DNA of 64,000 bases from Alphaproteobacteria bacterium (GTDB lineage: Bacteria; Pseudomonadota; Alphaproteobacteria; UBA828). Of this stretch, positions 39,146 through 48,000 are shown in pieces. Position 1 is the first letter of the stretch. Each line of letters opens with the position of its first letter. Position numbers and translations under genes: made by a program. Under the pieces are notes generated by a model that saw only the letters and a program-made list of their open reading frames with translations, had not been told where the DNA came from and did not search any database. The DNA lies in assembly GCA_965237415.1 (NCBI GenBank), contig CBDEFM010000002.1, positions 3,392,001 through 3,456,000 of the forward strand. The letters run 5' to 3'.

Positions 39146-39610
39146 ATGTCACGCTCATTCGGTCTCGATGCGGTTTCAGCGCTTGAGGCATTCAAGAGTA
39201 CAGCGGAGAGGTTTCAGGCCGACGACCTCAACGAAGACTTGGCGCGGGATTGCGCCACCAAAGCATGGCATCTTTGCGATCATACGTTCCCTGCCCTCCA
39301 CCCTGCCTCCCAATTTACAAATCTGCCGTATTTCCAAAGGCATGTCAGACAAAACTGCCCTGAACTCGGCTATCTTCAAGACATTTGCATTGAAACAAAA
39401 CACGGCAAGATTACAAATTATGTGCCACGAATCGATAAAACCCGCTATCACGGAGGTGACTTCTCGAAGGACGATTTTGATCACAACGACTTTGATGTTT
39501 CACGGCTTGAGATTACGTTGCCCAGCGGCCAGATAGTGCCATTCAGAAAACTCATCAGCTGTGCTCTCGACTATTGGTCTAAGTTCTTTCGAGATAACAA
39601 AATTACATGA
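39146..39610 (+). CDS. Hypothetical protein, low GC
   Basis: 154-aa ORF visibly more AT-rich than its flanks; AWHLCDH...DICIETKH. Confidence 0.7.
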   Translation: MSRSFGLDAVSALEAFKSTAERFQADDLNEDLARDCATKAWHLCDHTFPALHPASQFTNLPYFQRHVRQNCPELGYLQDICIETKHGKITNYVPRIDKTRYHGGDFSKDDFDHNDFDVSRLEITLPSGQIVPFRKLISCALDYWSKFFRDNKIT

Positions 39611-39818
39611 ACACGTTTCGCGCACACAGTTTGCACTGCAAGTGAATTTAACCCGCGCGGCATCGCCTCCATGTTCGGCCAAGGCGGACGGCGCGCCTGC
39701 CCGCGCGACCGAGCCAGTGTTTGCCGCTCCACCGGCGGGCGCGTAATCTCTGCGGCCGCGCGGAGGGGCGAGGGCCGCAGGGGTCCTGCGCTGCGCTCCG
39801 CCGTCCCGGCGTCTGCCC

Positions 39819-40655
39819 GTGACCTCTGCCCGCTTTCGGACCCCACACGCGCTCGGCCTCGTGGCCGCATTGGTCTTCGCGCTCTTTCCGGTCTTCTGGA
39901 TGGTGTCGACCTCGCTCAAGCCGTTCGGCGAATGGGCGGCGGTGCCGCAGCCCTGGGTACCGCGGGACTTGACGCTCGGGAATTACGCGCCTCTCTACCA
40001 GCAACTGGAGATGAACTACGTCACGTCGCGGGGGACAGGCCTCGGCGCCATTCTCGATTCCTTCATCATCGGCGGCGCCACCACTGTGCTATCGCTCGTC
40101 ATCGGGCTCATGGCAGCGATCGGATTCTCCCGCTACCGCGCCGGCAGCGACCGGCTTGCCATCGCGATCCTCGCCGTCCGCGCCGTGCCGCCGATCACGC
40201 TGGCGATCCCGGCGCTCTTCCTCTTCACCTCCTTCGGCCTGCGCGACACCCATATTGGCGTCATCCTCGTGCACACCGCCTTCGGCGTGCCCTTCTCCTT
40301 CTGGATGCTGAAGAGCTTCATCGACGAGGTGCCGCCCGCCATCGAGGAAGCCGGCATGATGGACGGCATGAGCCGCTTGCGTGCGCACCTGGTCATCACC
40401 GTGCCGATGATCCGGGGCGGTCTCGCGGTCACCGGCCTCTTCATCTTCATCCTCACCTGGAACGAGTTCCTGCTGACGATGACGCTGAGCGACAAGATTG
40501 TCGTCACAGTGCCGCTCTATCTGCACCATCACACCGGCGTCTATGGCGTGCAGGCGGCGCTCGCGACCGCCGCGGCACTCCCCATCGTCTTCTTCGGCTT
40601 CCTGATTCAGAAGCACCTCGCCCGCGCGTTCACGCTGGGCGCGATCAAGCAGTAA
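39819..40655 (+). CDS. Carbohydrate ABC transporter permease (orphan)
   Basis: FPVFWMVSTSLK, EEAGMMDG (EAA motif), FILTWNEF. Confidence 0.92.
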   Translation: MTSARFRTPHALGLVAALVFALFPVFWMVSTSLKPFGEWAAVPQPWVPRDLTLGNYAPLYQQLEMNYVTSRGTGLGAILDSFIIGGATTVLSLVIGLMAAIGFSRYRAGSDRLAIAILAVRAVPPITLAIPALFLFTSFGLRDTHIGVILVHTAFGVPFSFWMLKSFIDEVPPAIEEAGMMDGMSRLRAHLVITVPMIRGGLAVTGLFIFILTWNEFLLTMTLSDKIVVTVPLYLHHHTGVYGVQAALATAAALPIVFFGFLIQKHLARAFTLGAIKQ

Positions 40656-40716
40656 ACATTGGGGATTATATACCGGAGTCACAATCAATCATAAGGAGCG
40701 GATGATGGCTATCTTT

Positions 40717-40971
40717 TCAGTAAATTTGCGAACGCAGGTTCGCCGCGACGTTCTCAATGGTGCTTATGACGCCTCGTTCGAAAGACGGTTCGGCCTCAAA
40801 CTCGGCACGATAGCGGCTGCGCATAAGGCCCGGCAGGTCATCGAGGGTGCTGATGACATCGTCGACAAAGGCTCTATCTCGGTCGTTGCAAGCGGTGAGA
40901 AGAGTGATTTTCAAAAGAGTCTCCAACGCGAAGACAGTTCCACGTAGGTGTTCTAACTCTGCATCAGACAT
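40717..40971 (-). CDS. Hypothetical passenger protein (84 aa)
   Basis: Start overlaps the stop of the upstream small ORF; inside the transposon. Confidence 0.55.
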   Translation of the reverse strand: MSDAELEHLRGTVFALETLLKITLLTACNDRDRAFVDDVISTLDDLPGLMRSRYRAEFEAEPSFERGVISTIENVAANLRSQIY

Positions 40972-41125
40972 CGGATTCGCCGACAGTCTTGACGGTCATG
41001 GGCTGAAGCGCCACCCGCGCAAGCTCTTCGGGCGTTGTGTCGATGGACACATCTTCCTCAAGCTCCGCCTTGCTCGGTTGATAGGTCGCGGGGCGCACCC
41101 GCACGGTGGGTTTGTCCTTGGTCAT
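40964..41125 (-). CDS. 53-aa IS1595-associated small protein (not in ORF track)
   Basis: MTKDKPTVRVRPATYQPSKAELEEDVSIDTTPEELARVALQPMTVKTVGESDV; GGGAGG RBS. Confidence 0.7.
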   Translation of the reverse strand: MTKDKPTVRVRPATYQPSKAELEEDVSIDTTPEELARVALQPMTVKTVGESDV

Positions 41126-41137
41126 GATCGCCTCCCT

Positions 41138-43711
41138 TCACACCAACGCGCAGTGGTTTTTCCTTGGTGATGGTTGTGGCCAATCAGCAGAACTTGCCGA
41201 CCGAACCGCATGGCCGAAATTGACCCTCCCACCAATTAAATCCTCCACTAGAACGCTAAGCCTATCTCTCTCGCCCCCAGCGGTCATTTTTGGCAGTACA
41301 ATATGAAGCATGTCCTCGGTTGCCACTTGGGCCAAACCATCAGAGCCGGTCGCGAGCGCTCTCATCTGTACCGCGAATATTTCAGAGCATAGACCAGCAA
41401 CAAGATCGACAAGCAGTTCGGAGCGAGTTGGTTTTACTCTGAATCGTGTGCAGCCGTTCGTTACTACCATTCCATCTTGCGCTTCGTATGGAACGATAAA
41501 CCACTTTCCAGCGCACCCCCACACATGTGCTATAAAAATATCCTTCAGATCGGCCTTCAACTTTGCCCTCCCCGGCGATTCCCAGCCTCTCATTTCTTTG
41601 AAGTCGTATGATCCATAACGCACATCTTCTATTTCGACGTATCGGTACACCGTGGAGGCTTCAGGCCTGAACTTCTCCCGCTCAACTTTTTCTAACACTT
41701 CTCCGATTGGAAAGTGGTCGATGGACCTGACCTCCCTTAGCAAACTCTTATACTTTGCGCAGTATCGCTTCGGATCGAGCATCATTCTTCTACTGCTTAT
41801 AATCTGCGCAACGGGCGTTGTCTCTGACTGACCACCTTCCGGCAACTCTCGATCACTGAGTATCCATGGATAAAGACCTGCCACAGCCGACCGCCTGTAT
41901 TCGTCTAGCATTTGGCTAAAATCGCTATCGAGAATAGGGTTGTTGTTAGCATCCAACACAATGTTCCCGGTTGTCTTATCGCGGAGGTACACTGGCTTAG
42001 CAGTCTTGTCGCCTGCCTGCCACCCAACTGACTCAATCATGCCAAAATATATTGGATAATCTTCACTGTTACAGGCATCGGCGAGTGGGGCTTTTCTACG
42101 CTCTAACACTACTACAGAGGCGCTCACATCTGCGCCCGACTTTTTGAATGTGAAGCGCGGGAATGCAACCACCGCCACTACTCTAGCATGGCGCAACATC
42201 CACTCACGTAATGCAAAATACTCGCTACTGGTATTACCAAGATAACCATTCGGTAAGATGATCCCAACACGACCACCTGGTTTAGCGAGCTTCACACATA
42301 ACTCAACAAATAATATCCCAGTCTGTTGAGCCTTCCTCGCGTCAAGGGTCTTCACGAAACGGCCATCGTCGCCGTGGTGCCACACATGACCCATGTCGAA
42401 GTTTCTCAAAACCTCCCATCGTTTTTCCACAATTCTCGTCCCAAACGGCGGATTGCACAACACCACGTCGTAGGAAGCTTCTGACCCAGGGTGGTTCTTC
42501 AAACTGTCATCTTCATGTATGCTAGTCTTCCCGTCGCCCTGAAGCATCATATTCAGGACACTTACTTGGACAGCTTGACGACTGTTGTCTACTCCGGTGA
42601 GAAAATCCACGGCCTTTCCCGGAGTTATAGGCATCGTGCGCAGAGCGCTAACCAAAAAATCAGCACTCCCGCAGGCGGGGTCACATACGTGCTCTAGTGT
42701 TGGGTTTGTCGCGCTCACGATAAAGTCAACGACTTCGTGTGGTGTAAAGTATTGTGCCAAATCCCATTTGTATAGGTCCTTAGCAAACCGCATGTAGAAT
42801 GATTGTATCACTTTCTGTTTAGAGTTCAAGATATTGATAGGAGCAATCACCTGCGAAAGGCGTCGCAGTGCTTCAGGATTCAGCGGACGAAAAGTCGACA
42901 TCACTTCATCTGGAAGAAATCGATTGTAGTGGCCGACTGCCTTAGAGAGAAACGAGTCCAATCGTTCAAGTACAACCTCGTCAGTTATAGGCATTGCGTT
43001 GAAGTCCTGGATACTCAAATCATTGTCTGGGCGATCCGAATGGGAGACCTCATCCCATATCTTCGCCAAAAGTAGCTGAAAAAGAATAGCGTACCTACGC
43101 GGCTTATCCGTCACGTATGGATGCAGGCAATTCTCCATCTTGTCAAAAGCGCCTGAAAGGTCTGGGGATGGCGTCAAGTCTGCATATGTAAGCAACGTAG
43201 AACCCACACCCTCCATCCATCGCGGCATTTTGCTGATAGGCGCCTCTCGGATGGTTGCTAAGGTCCCCTCCAATTCGCGATAGAAGAACCGTTGCTCCAT
43301 ATCATCCCAGTAGACGCCCAAGGCATTCATGTCTGGAAGCAAGGAAAGTGCCGGCTTGAGCTGTGAGTCAACCGCCGATTGTTTCGACGCATTCTCGCGC
43401 TTTATCTCAGCAACGACCACCGTTTTGGACAAACGCTTTTCATCAGGCCAATTTGTCACTTCTGACCACGGCACATCATATACAGAAAAGTCAGCACGCA
43501 AAGAATTGTGCCCCGCGTGTCCCAACTTCATGATTCTTGTTTCAATGCCGAAATGATCTTGGGGGTAGTCTTTCTGAAGAAGATATCGGATAGCGTCTAT
43601 GCGTCTCTTTTCTTCAGTAAAAGTAAACCCATCTACTGCCCGTTGGCGAACTTGTAGTTGGCCGCGAATGGGGCAGTGAAGGAACGCGGCTTCCGTCGAA
43701 TTCACGATCAT
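41138..43711 (-). CDS. Single-chain restriction-modification protein (HsdR_N-like nuclease + N6 MTase + specificity domain; type IIG-like)
   Basis: EEKRR...RADFSVY...AEIKR; QYFTPHEVV, DPACGSADFL, NPPFG; C-terminal TRD-like region; low GC. Confidence 0.88.
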   Translation of the reverse strand: MIVNSTEAAFLHCPIRGQLQVRQRAVDGFTFTEEKRRIDAIRYLLQKDYPQDHFGIETRIMKLGHAGHNSLRADFSVYDVPWSEVTNWPDEKRLSKTVVVAEIKRENASKQSAVDSQLKPALSLLPDMNALGVYWDDMEQRFFYRELEGTLATIREAPISKMPRWMEGVGSTLLTYADLTPSPDLSGAFDKMENCLHPYVTDKPRRYAILFQLLLAKIWDEVSHSDRPDNDLSIQDFNAMPITDEVVLERLDSFLSKAVGHYNRFLPDEVMSTFRPLNPEALRRLSQVIAPINILNSKQKVIQSFYMRFAKDLYKWDLAQYFTPHEVVDFIVSATNPTLEHVCDPACGSADFLVSALRTMPITPGKAVDFLTGVDNSRQAVQVSVLNMMLQGDGKTSIHEDDSLKNHPGSEASYDVVLCNPPFGTRIVEKRWEVLRNFDMGHVWHHGDDGRFVKTLDARKAQQTGILFVELCVKLAKPGGRVGIILPNGYLGNTSSEYFALREWMLRHARVVAVVAFPRFTFKKSGADVSASVVVLERRKAPLADACNSEDYPIYFGMIESVGWQAGDKTAKPVYLRDKTTGNIVLDANNNPILDSDFSQMLDEYRRSAVAGLYPWILSDRELPEGGQSETTPVAQIISSRRMMLDPKRYCAKYKSLLREVRSIDHFPIGEVLEKVEREKFRPEASTVYRYVEIEDVRYGSYDFKEMRGWESPGRAKLKADLKDIFIAHVWGCAGKWFIVPYEAQDGMVVTNGCTRFRVKPTRSELLVDLVAGLCSEIFAVQMRALATGSDGLAQVATEDMLHIVLPKMTAGGERDRLSVLVEDLIGGRVNFGHAVRSASSADWPQPSPRKNHCALV

Positions 43712-44678
43712 GCCCCCGAACATAGACCATGCGGAGCGATCAAGTCCCGATACCGTAGAGGTGCCCCTTCCAAGCCCTTCACCATCGCGCCCATCATGTC
43801 GATGGTATCGGCTTCACGATCATTGTGCCGGCCGGCAAACTCGCCGACATACCGATCAAGGTGCTTTTCGCTGAAATGGTGGAAGGTGCCGTTGTAGCCC
43901 CGCTTCAACATGGACCAGAAAGACTCGACCCCATTGGTGTGGGCCATCCCGCGAACGTACTCACCGGCGGAGTGGCAAACCGCCTCGTGATCGAAGGGCA
44001 ATCCCTCGTAGGCGCTAGCGTCATCGGTGAACACCTTAGCGTCGGGCGCTGCGTGCTCGGCAACGAAGCCTTGGAGTGTCGGCTTGTCAGTCGCTGTCAC
44101 TGACCGGGCCACGACGCGATTGGTCGCCCGGTCCTTCACGCCTACGACGGCAGCCTTGCCTACCGCTCCGCGTCCTATCAGTGTCTTGCGCTTGGCCTTG
44201 GGCATGTTCTTCCGCTTCCCGCCGATGTAAGTCTCGTCTGCCTCTACGGGGCCGGTGAACATACCGCCGTTGCCGGCCTTCCACCCCTCGCGAAGCCGAT
44301 GCGCCAGATACCACGCCGACTTTTGCGTGATGTTCAGATCGCGGTGCAGTTTCATGCTCGACACGCCCTTGAGATTCGTCGCCAACAAGTAGATGGCGAT
44401 GGCCCATTCCCGATAGCCGAGCTGGGTGCGGTGCATCCAGTGCCGGTCTTCAAAGAGAACATGGCCCGATTCGGGCAGTCCCGGCAACGGTGCGTCATGG
44501 ACTTGTGTTTGATGCCGGCCTGGACGTTCAGGGAGCCGCAGTGCGGGCAAACCGGACCGTCAGGCCAGCGCTGCTCTTCGATCCACTTCTCTGCAGCCTC
44601 GTCGGTCGGGAACATGGCGGTGATCTCGATCAGCGAGATACCCTTGCGGTGAGCCTTCCCCGGTGCCTTGCTTGCCAT
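43708..44678 (-). pseudogene. IS1595 transposase with a 1-nt frameshift near 44440
   Basis: RWPDGPVCPHCGS...CRDC zinc ribbon in one frame; KGVSSMKLHRDL, VEADETY, FTDD, HTNGVESFWS in the next. Confidence 0.92.
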
Positions 44679-44781
44679 GTCCCTGTCTCCCTGAATTGTG
44701 ACTCCGTTGTAACACGGCTCAGGGCAGGGTGCAACAGGAAATTGTGACTCCGGTATATAATTCCCTAAACATTCTCGGCGT

Positions 44782-46104
44782 TCAGCCGAGCGCCGCGTCG
44801 ACCTCGTCCAGGATCGTGTCGAATATGCCGATGGCGTCCCCGATCTGCGCCGCGTCGATACAGAGCGGCGGGCCGATCAGGAGGCCGTTGAGGCAGGTCC
44901 TGGCTTCCAGCCCGTGCTCCACCAGCCGACGCTTGATGAGGTCGTTGACGGCCGCGTGGTTCGGCGCGGTCGAGAAGGGCGCGTCGGTCGCCGGATCGGC
45001 GGTGAGCTCGATCGACGCCAGCAGGCCGAGCGAGCGCACGTCCGAAACGCTCGGATGGCGCGCCTTCAAGTCCTCGAGGCCCTGCGCCAGTACCTTGCCC
45101 ATCCGGGCAGCATTCTCGATCAGCCCGTCGTTCTCGTAGGCGTCGAGCGCGGCGCACGCGGCGGCGCAGGCGATGGGATTGCCCGTCTGCGTCGAGCCGA
45201 GCGGGAACCACTCGTCGTCGAAGCGGGCGGCGACGTGGGGCCGCATGAGCACGGCGCCCATCGGTATGTAGCCGGACGTGATTCCCTTGGAGACCGCCAT
45301 CAGGTCGGGCACCACGTCCCAATGCTCGATGCCGAACCAGCGCCCGGTGCGGCCGAAGCCGCAGATGACCTCGTCGGCGATCATCAAAATGCCGTGGCGG
45401 TCGCAGATCTCGCGCAGCATGGGGAAATACTCGGGCGGCGGCTTGATCCCGCCGCTCGCGGCCGTCATCGGCTCGACGATGACCGCGGCGATCTGCCCCG
45501 GCCCCTCGCGCTCGATCACCTCTTCCACGCTCTTCGCACACTGCACGCCGCAGCCGGGGTAGGAGAGCGAGAAGGGGCAGCGATGGCAGTAGGGGTCGAG
45601 GAAACGGACGATGTTGGGGTGGTCGTAGCCGACGGCAAGCCGCCTGGGGTCGCCGCTCGCCGACAGCGAGCCCGAGGTGGTGCCGTGGTAGGAGCGGTAC
45701 TTCGCGAGGATCTTGCGCCTGCCGGTGACGAGGCGGGCGATGGTCATCGCGATCTCGGTGGCCTCGCTGCCGCTCCCGGTGAAGAAGGCGGTCTGGATGT
45801 CGCCGGGCGCGATCTCGGCAAGCCTGCGGCCGAGCTTCTCGCGCGCGGCGGTCGTGTGATGCGGGCCGATATAGCAGAGCCGGCCGGCCTGCTCCTGGAT
45901 CGCCGCGATCACCTTGGGATGCTGGTAGCCGAGATTGACGTTCACCAGCTGCGACGAGAAGTCGAGATAGCGTTTTCCGGCCGTGTCGTAAAAGTACGCG
46001 CCCTCGCCGCGCTCCATCTCGATCACGGTCTCGACCGCATTCTGCGCGGCCCAGGGGATGATGTCGTAGCGCCGGTTCGCGCCGGCTGTCGTCGCCTCGC
46101 TCAT
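44782..46104 (-). CDS. Class III aminotransferase
   Basis: YLDFSSQL, SGSEATE, SYHG, ADEVICGFGRTG, SKG. Confidence 0.95.
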   Translation of the reverse strand: MSEATTAGANRRYDIIPWAAQNAVETVIEMERGEGAYFYDTAGKRYLDFSSQLVNVNLGYQHPKVIAAIQEQAGRLCYIGPHHTTAAREKLGRRLAEIAPGDIQTAFFTGSGSEATEIAMTIARLVTGRRKILAKYRSYHGTTSGSLSASGDPRRLAVGYDHPNIVRFLDPYCHRCPFSLSYPGCGVQCAKSVEEVIEREGPGQIAAVIVEPMTAASGGIKPPPEYFPMLREICDRHGILMIADEVICGFGRTGRWFGIEHWDVVPDLMAVSKGITSGYIPMGAVLMRPHVAARFDDEWFPLGSTQTGNPIACAAACAALDAYENDGLIENAARMGKVLAQGLEDLKARHPSVSDVRSLGLLASIELTADPATDAPFSTAPNHAAVNDLIKRRLVEHGLEARTCLNGLLIGPPLCIDAAQIGDAIGIFDTILDEVDAALG

Positions 46105-46152
46105 GTCTCCCTCCTGTGCCCCGCGTTCAAACGACGGCGGGCGCGGCACCCG

Positions 46153-46500
46153 CTAGCGTGCGGCCACCACCATGATCTCGACCGTGTAGGCCGGCGTCGC
46201 GAGCCTGCTCTCGACGCAGGCGCGGCAGGGCGGGTTCTCCTTGGAGACCCAGGGGTCCCACACGCTGTTCATCTCGTTGAAGGTCCCGATGTCGGAGAGC
46301 CAGATGTTGGCGGTGAGCAGCTGCTCCTTCGACGAGCCGGCCTTCTCCAGCAGGGCATCGATCTTGGCGAGGATCTGCCGCGTCTGGCCGGCGACGTCCT
46401 GGTCGGTGTCGTCCGCCACCTGGCCGGCAAGGTACACGCGGTCGCCGTGCACCACGGCCTGGCTCATGCGGGGGCCCTTCTGAATGCGTTCGATGGTCAT
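46153..46500 (-). CDS. RidA family protein (YoaB-like)
   Basis: RMSQAVVHG, LAGQVA, PPCRACVE. Confidence 0.93.
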   Translation of the reverse strand: MTIERIQKGPRMSQAVVHGDRVYLAGQVADDTDQDVAGQTRQILAKIDALLEKAGSSKEQLLTANIWLSDIGTFNEMNSVWDPWVSKENPPCRACVESRLATPAYTVEIMVVAAR

Positions 46501-46569
46501 GGCTGGTCTCCGTTTCCTGTTGTCGGTCGTTGGGGCGATGGTAGCGGGATTACTGCCTTCACGCAGTGT

Positions 46570-47862
46570 TCAAGCGTCGGCGCGGGTCTGGAGTGCCCGC
46601 GCCGCACCGGTCACGGCGTCAATTGAAGGGTAAGCCGCGGCGTTCACGAGCAGCTCCCGGCCGAGGAGGAGGGCAGGGCGCTCGCAGGCGGCGCGGCGGT
46701 CGGGGTCCTCGATCCATTCGAAATCGATGTTGTGGGCGATGCCAAGCAGGCGGCGAATCATCTTGGCGCCGGCGAACTGCAGCGTGTCGGTGAAGAGCGC
46801 GGCGATGGCGGCGTCCCGCGCTTGCGCGAGCGAGGCGGCACCCTCTTCGCCGGCGAAGAGCGCCGCCGGGTAGGCATCGCCCGTGCGCTCGGCCCAGAGC
46901 GCGCCGTAGCGCTCGGCGAAGGCGTGCCAGAATGCCTCGACCGTCTCCAGCACCCAAATCTTGTAGGCGGCGCGGTCGTCGGCCTCGGTTGCGTGGCCGT
47001 CCTGGCTGAAATAGTTGAGCAGAAGGTTGCCGACGAAGGCGCCGGTATCGAATCCCATCGGCCCGTAGAAGGCGAACTCGGGGTCGATCACCCGCGTGTC
47101 GTCCTGCGTCACCATGATCGAGCCGGTGTGCAGATCGCCGTGGATCAGTGCCTCGGCGCTCCCCATGAACTTGCACTTGAGGCGTGAGACGGCCCGCTTC
47201 AGCGGCGCATCGGCCCGAAACGCGGCGGCGATGTCGTCGAGCTGCGGCGAGGTCCAGCGGTTGTTGTCGTGAACCATGTAAGGCTCGGTGAAGATCAGGT
47301 CTTCGGTGATCTTGCAGAGCGACGTGTTGCCGCAGAAGACCGCGACACGCGCCTTCTTCTCCGCCGCGCCCGTGCCTAGATCCGAAGTGAAGAAGAGCGT
47401 CCGCGCCATGTATTCGGCCATGTCGGTGGCTGCGCGCGGGTAGCGAATGCCCTGGATCATGCCGCGCCGCATGATGATGTGAGGCTCCAGCAACTCCATC
47501 GCGGTCAGCATCAGCACGGGGTCGAAGTGGTAGACCGTGGGCGTAAGGCCCGGCGCATGGCGGCCGTGCTCCACCAGCGCCTCGTGCTCGAAATACGCAC
47601 GGGTCAGCGGTAGCGGCCAGCTTTCGCCGATCAGCCGCACGTAGGGCAGCGCCTGTTTCACGCAAAGGCCAGCCGCGGGTCCGCGCACGAGGAAGACGAG
47701 GTTGAGATTGCCGTCGCCGACTTCGTCCACCTGCCAGTCGTCCGGCGCGCCGCCCAGGCGCTCGCCGAGCGCGGGCAGCCCGGCGAGATAGGGAGCCAGG
47801 CTCTCCACATAGAGGGGCCGGTATCCCTCGGGCACCGAAATGGCGGTCTGGTCTGCACTCAC
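46570..47862 (-). CDS. mtnK: S-methyl-5-thioribose kinase
   Basis: EVGDGNLNLVF, KQALPYVR, HGDLHTGS, IDPEFAFYGPMGFD. Confidence 0.95.
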   Translation of the reverse strand: MSADQTAISVPEGYRPLYVESLAPYLAGLPALGERLGGAPDDWQVDEVGDGNLNLVFLVRGPAAGLCVKQALPYVRLIGESWPLPLTRAYFEHEALVEHGRHAPGLTPTVYHFDPVLMLTAMELLEPHIIMRRGMIQGIRYPRAATDMAEYMARTLFFTSDLGTGAAEKKARVAVFCGNTSLCKITEDLIFTEPYMVHDNNRWTSPQLDDIAAAFRADAPLKRAVSRLKCKFMGSAEALIHGDLHTGSIMVTQDDTRVIDPEFAFYGPMGFDTGAFVGNLLLNYFSQDGHATEADDRAAYKIWVLETVEAFWHAFAERYGALWAERTGDAYPAALFAGEEGAASLAQARDAAIAALFTDTLQFAGAKMIRRLLGIAHNIDFEWIEDPDRRAACERPALLLGRELLVNAAAYPSIDAVTGAARALQTRADA

Positions 47863-48000
47863 GATTCGGCCGATCCCTGCCGTTGGCGCACCCGACCATA
47901 ATCGATCGTCGCGGCGCCGCGAAGGCATCGCGCGGTCGCTGCTATCCCGGAGGGTGGCTGCGGCCTGCGAGTTGCGCTAGGAGTCCGCTGTCGTCCCCAG

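Larger units (their letters stand above)
40661..44765 (-). mobile_element. Complete IS1595-family (ISNwi1-type) transporter IS, 4105 bp, with 8-bp TSD
   Basis: TIRs GGGGATTATATACCGGAGTCACAAT / ATTGTGACTCCGGTATATAATTCCC (24/25); TAAACATT at 40653-40660 and 44766-44773. Confidence 0.95.

Noticed and set aside
44430-44460. Programmed frameshift in the IS1595 transposase
   Set aside because: No slippery sequence at the junction, and IS1595 transposases are normally a single ORF; a 1-nt deletion explains it.
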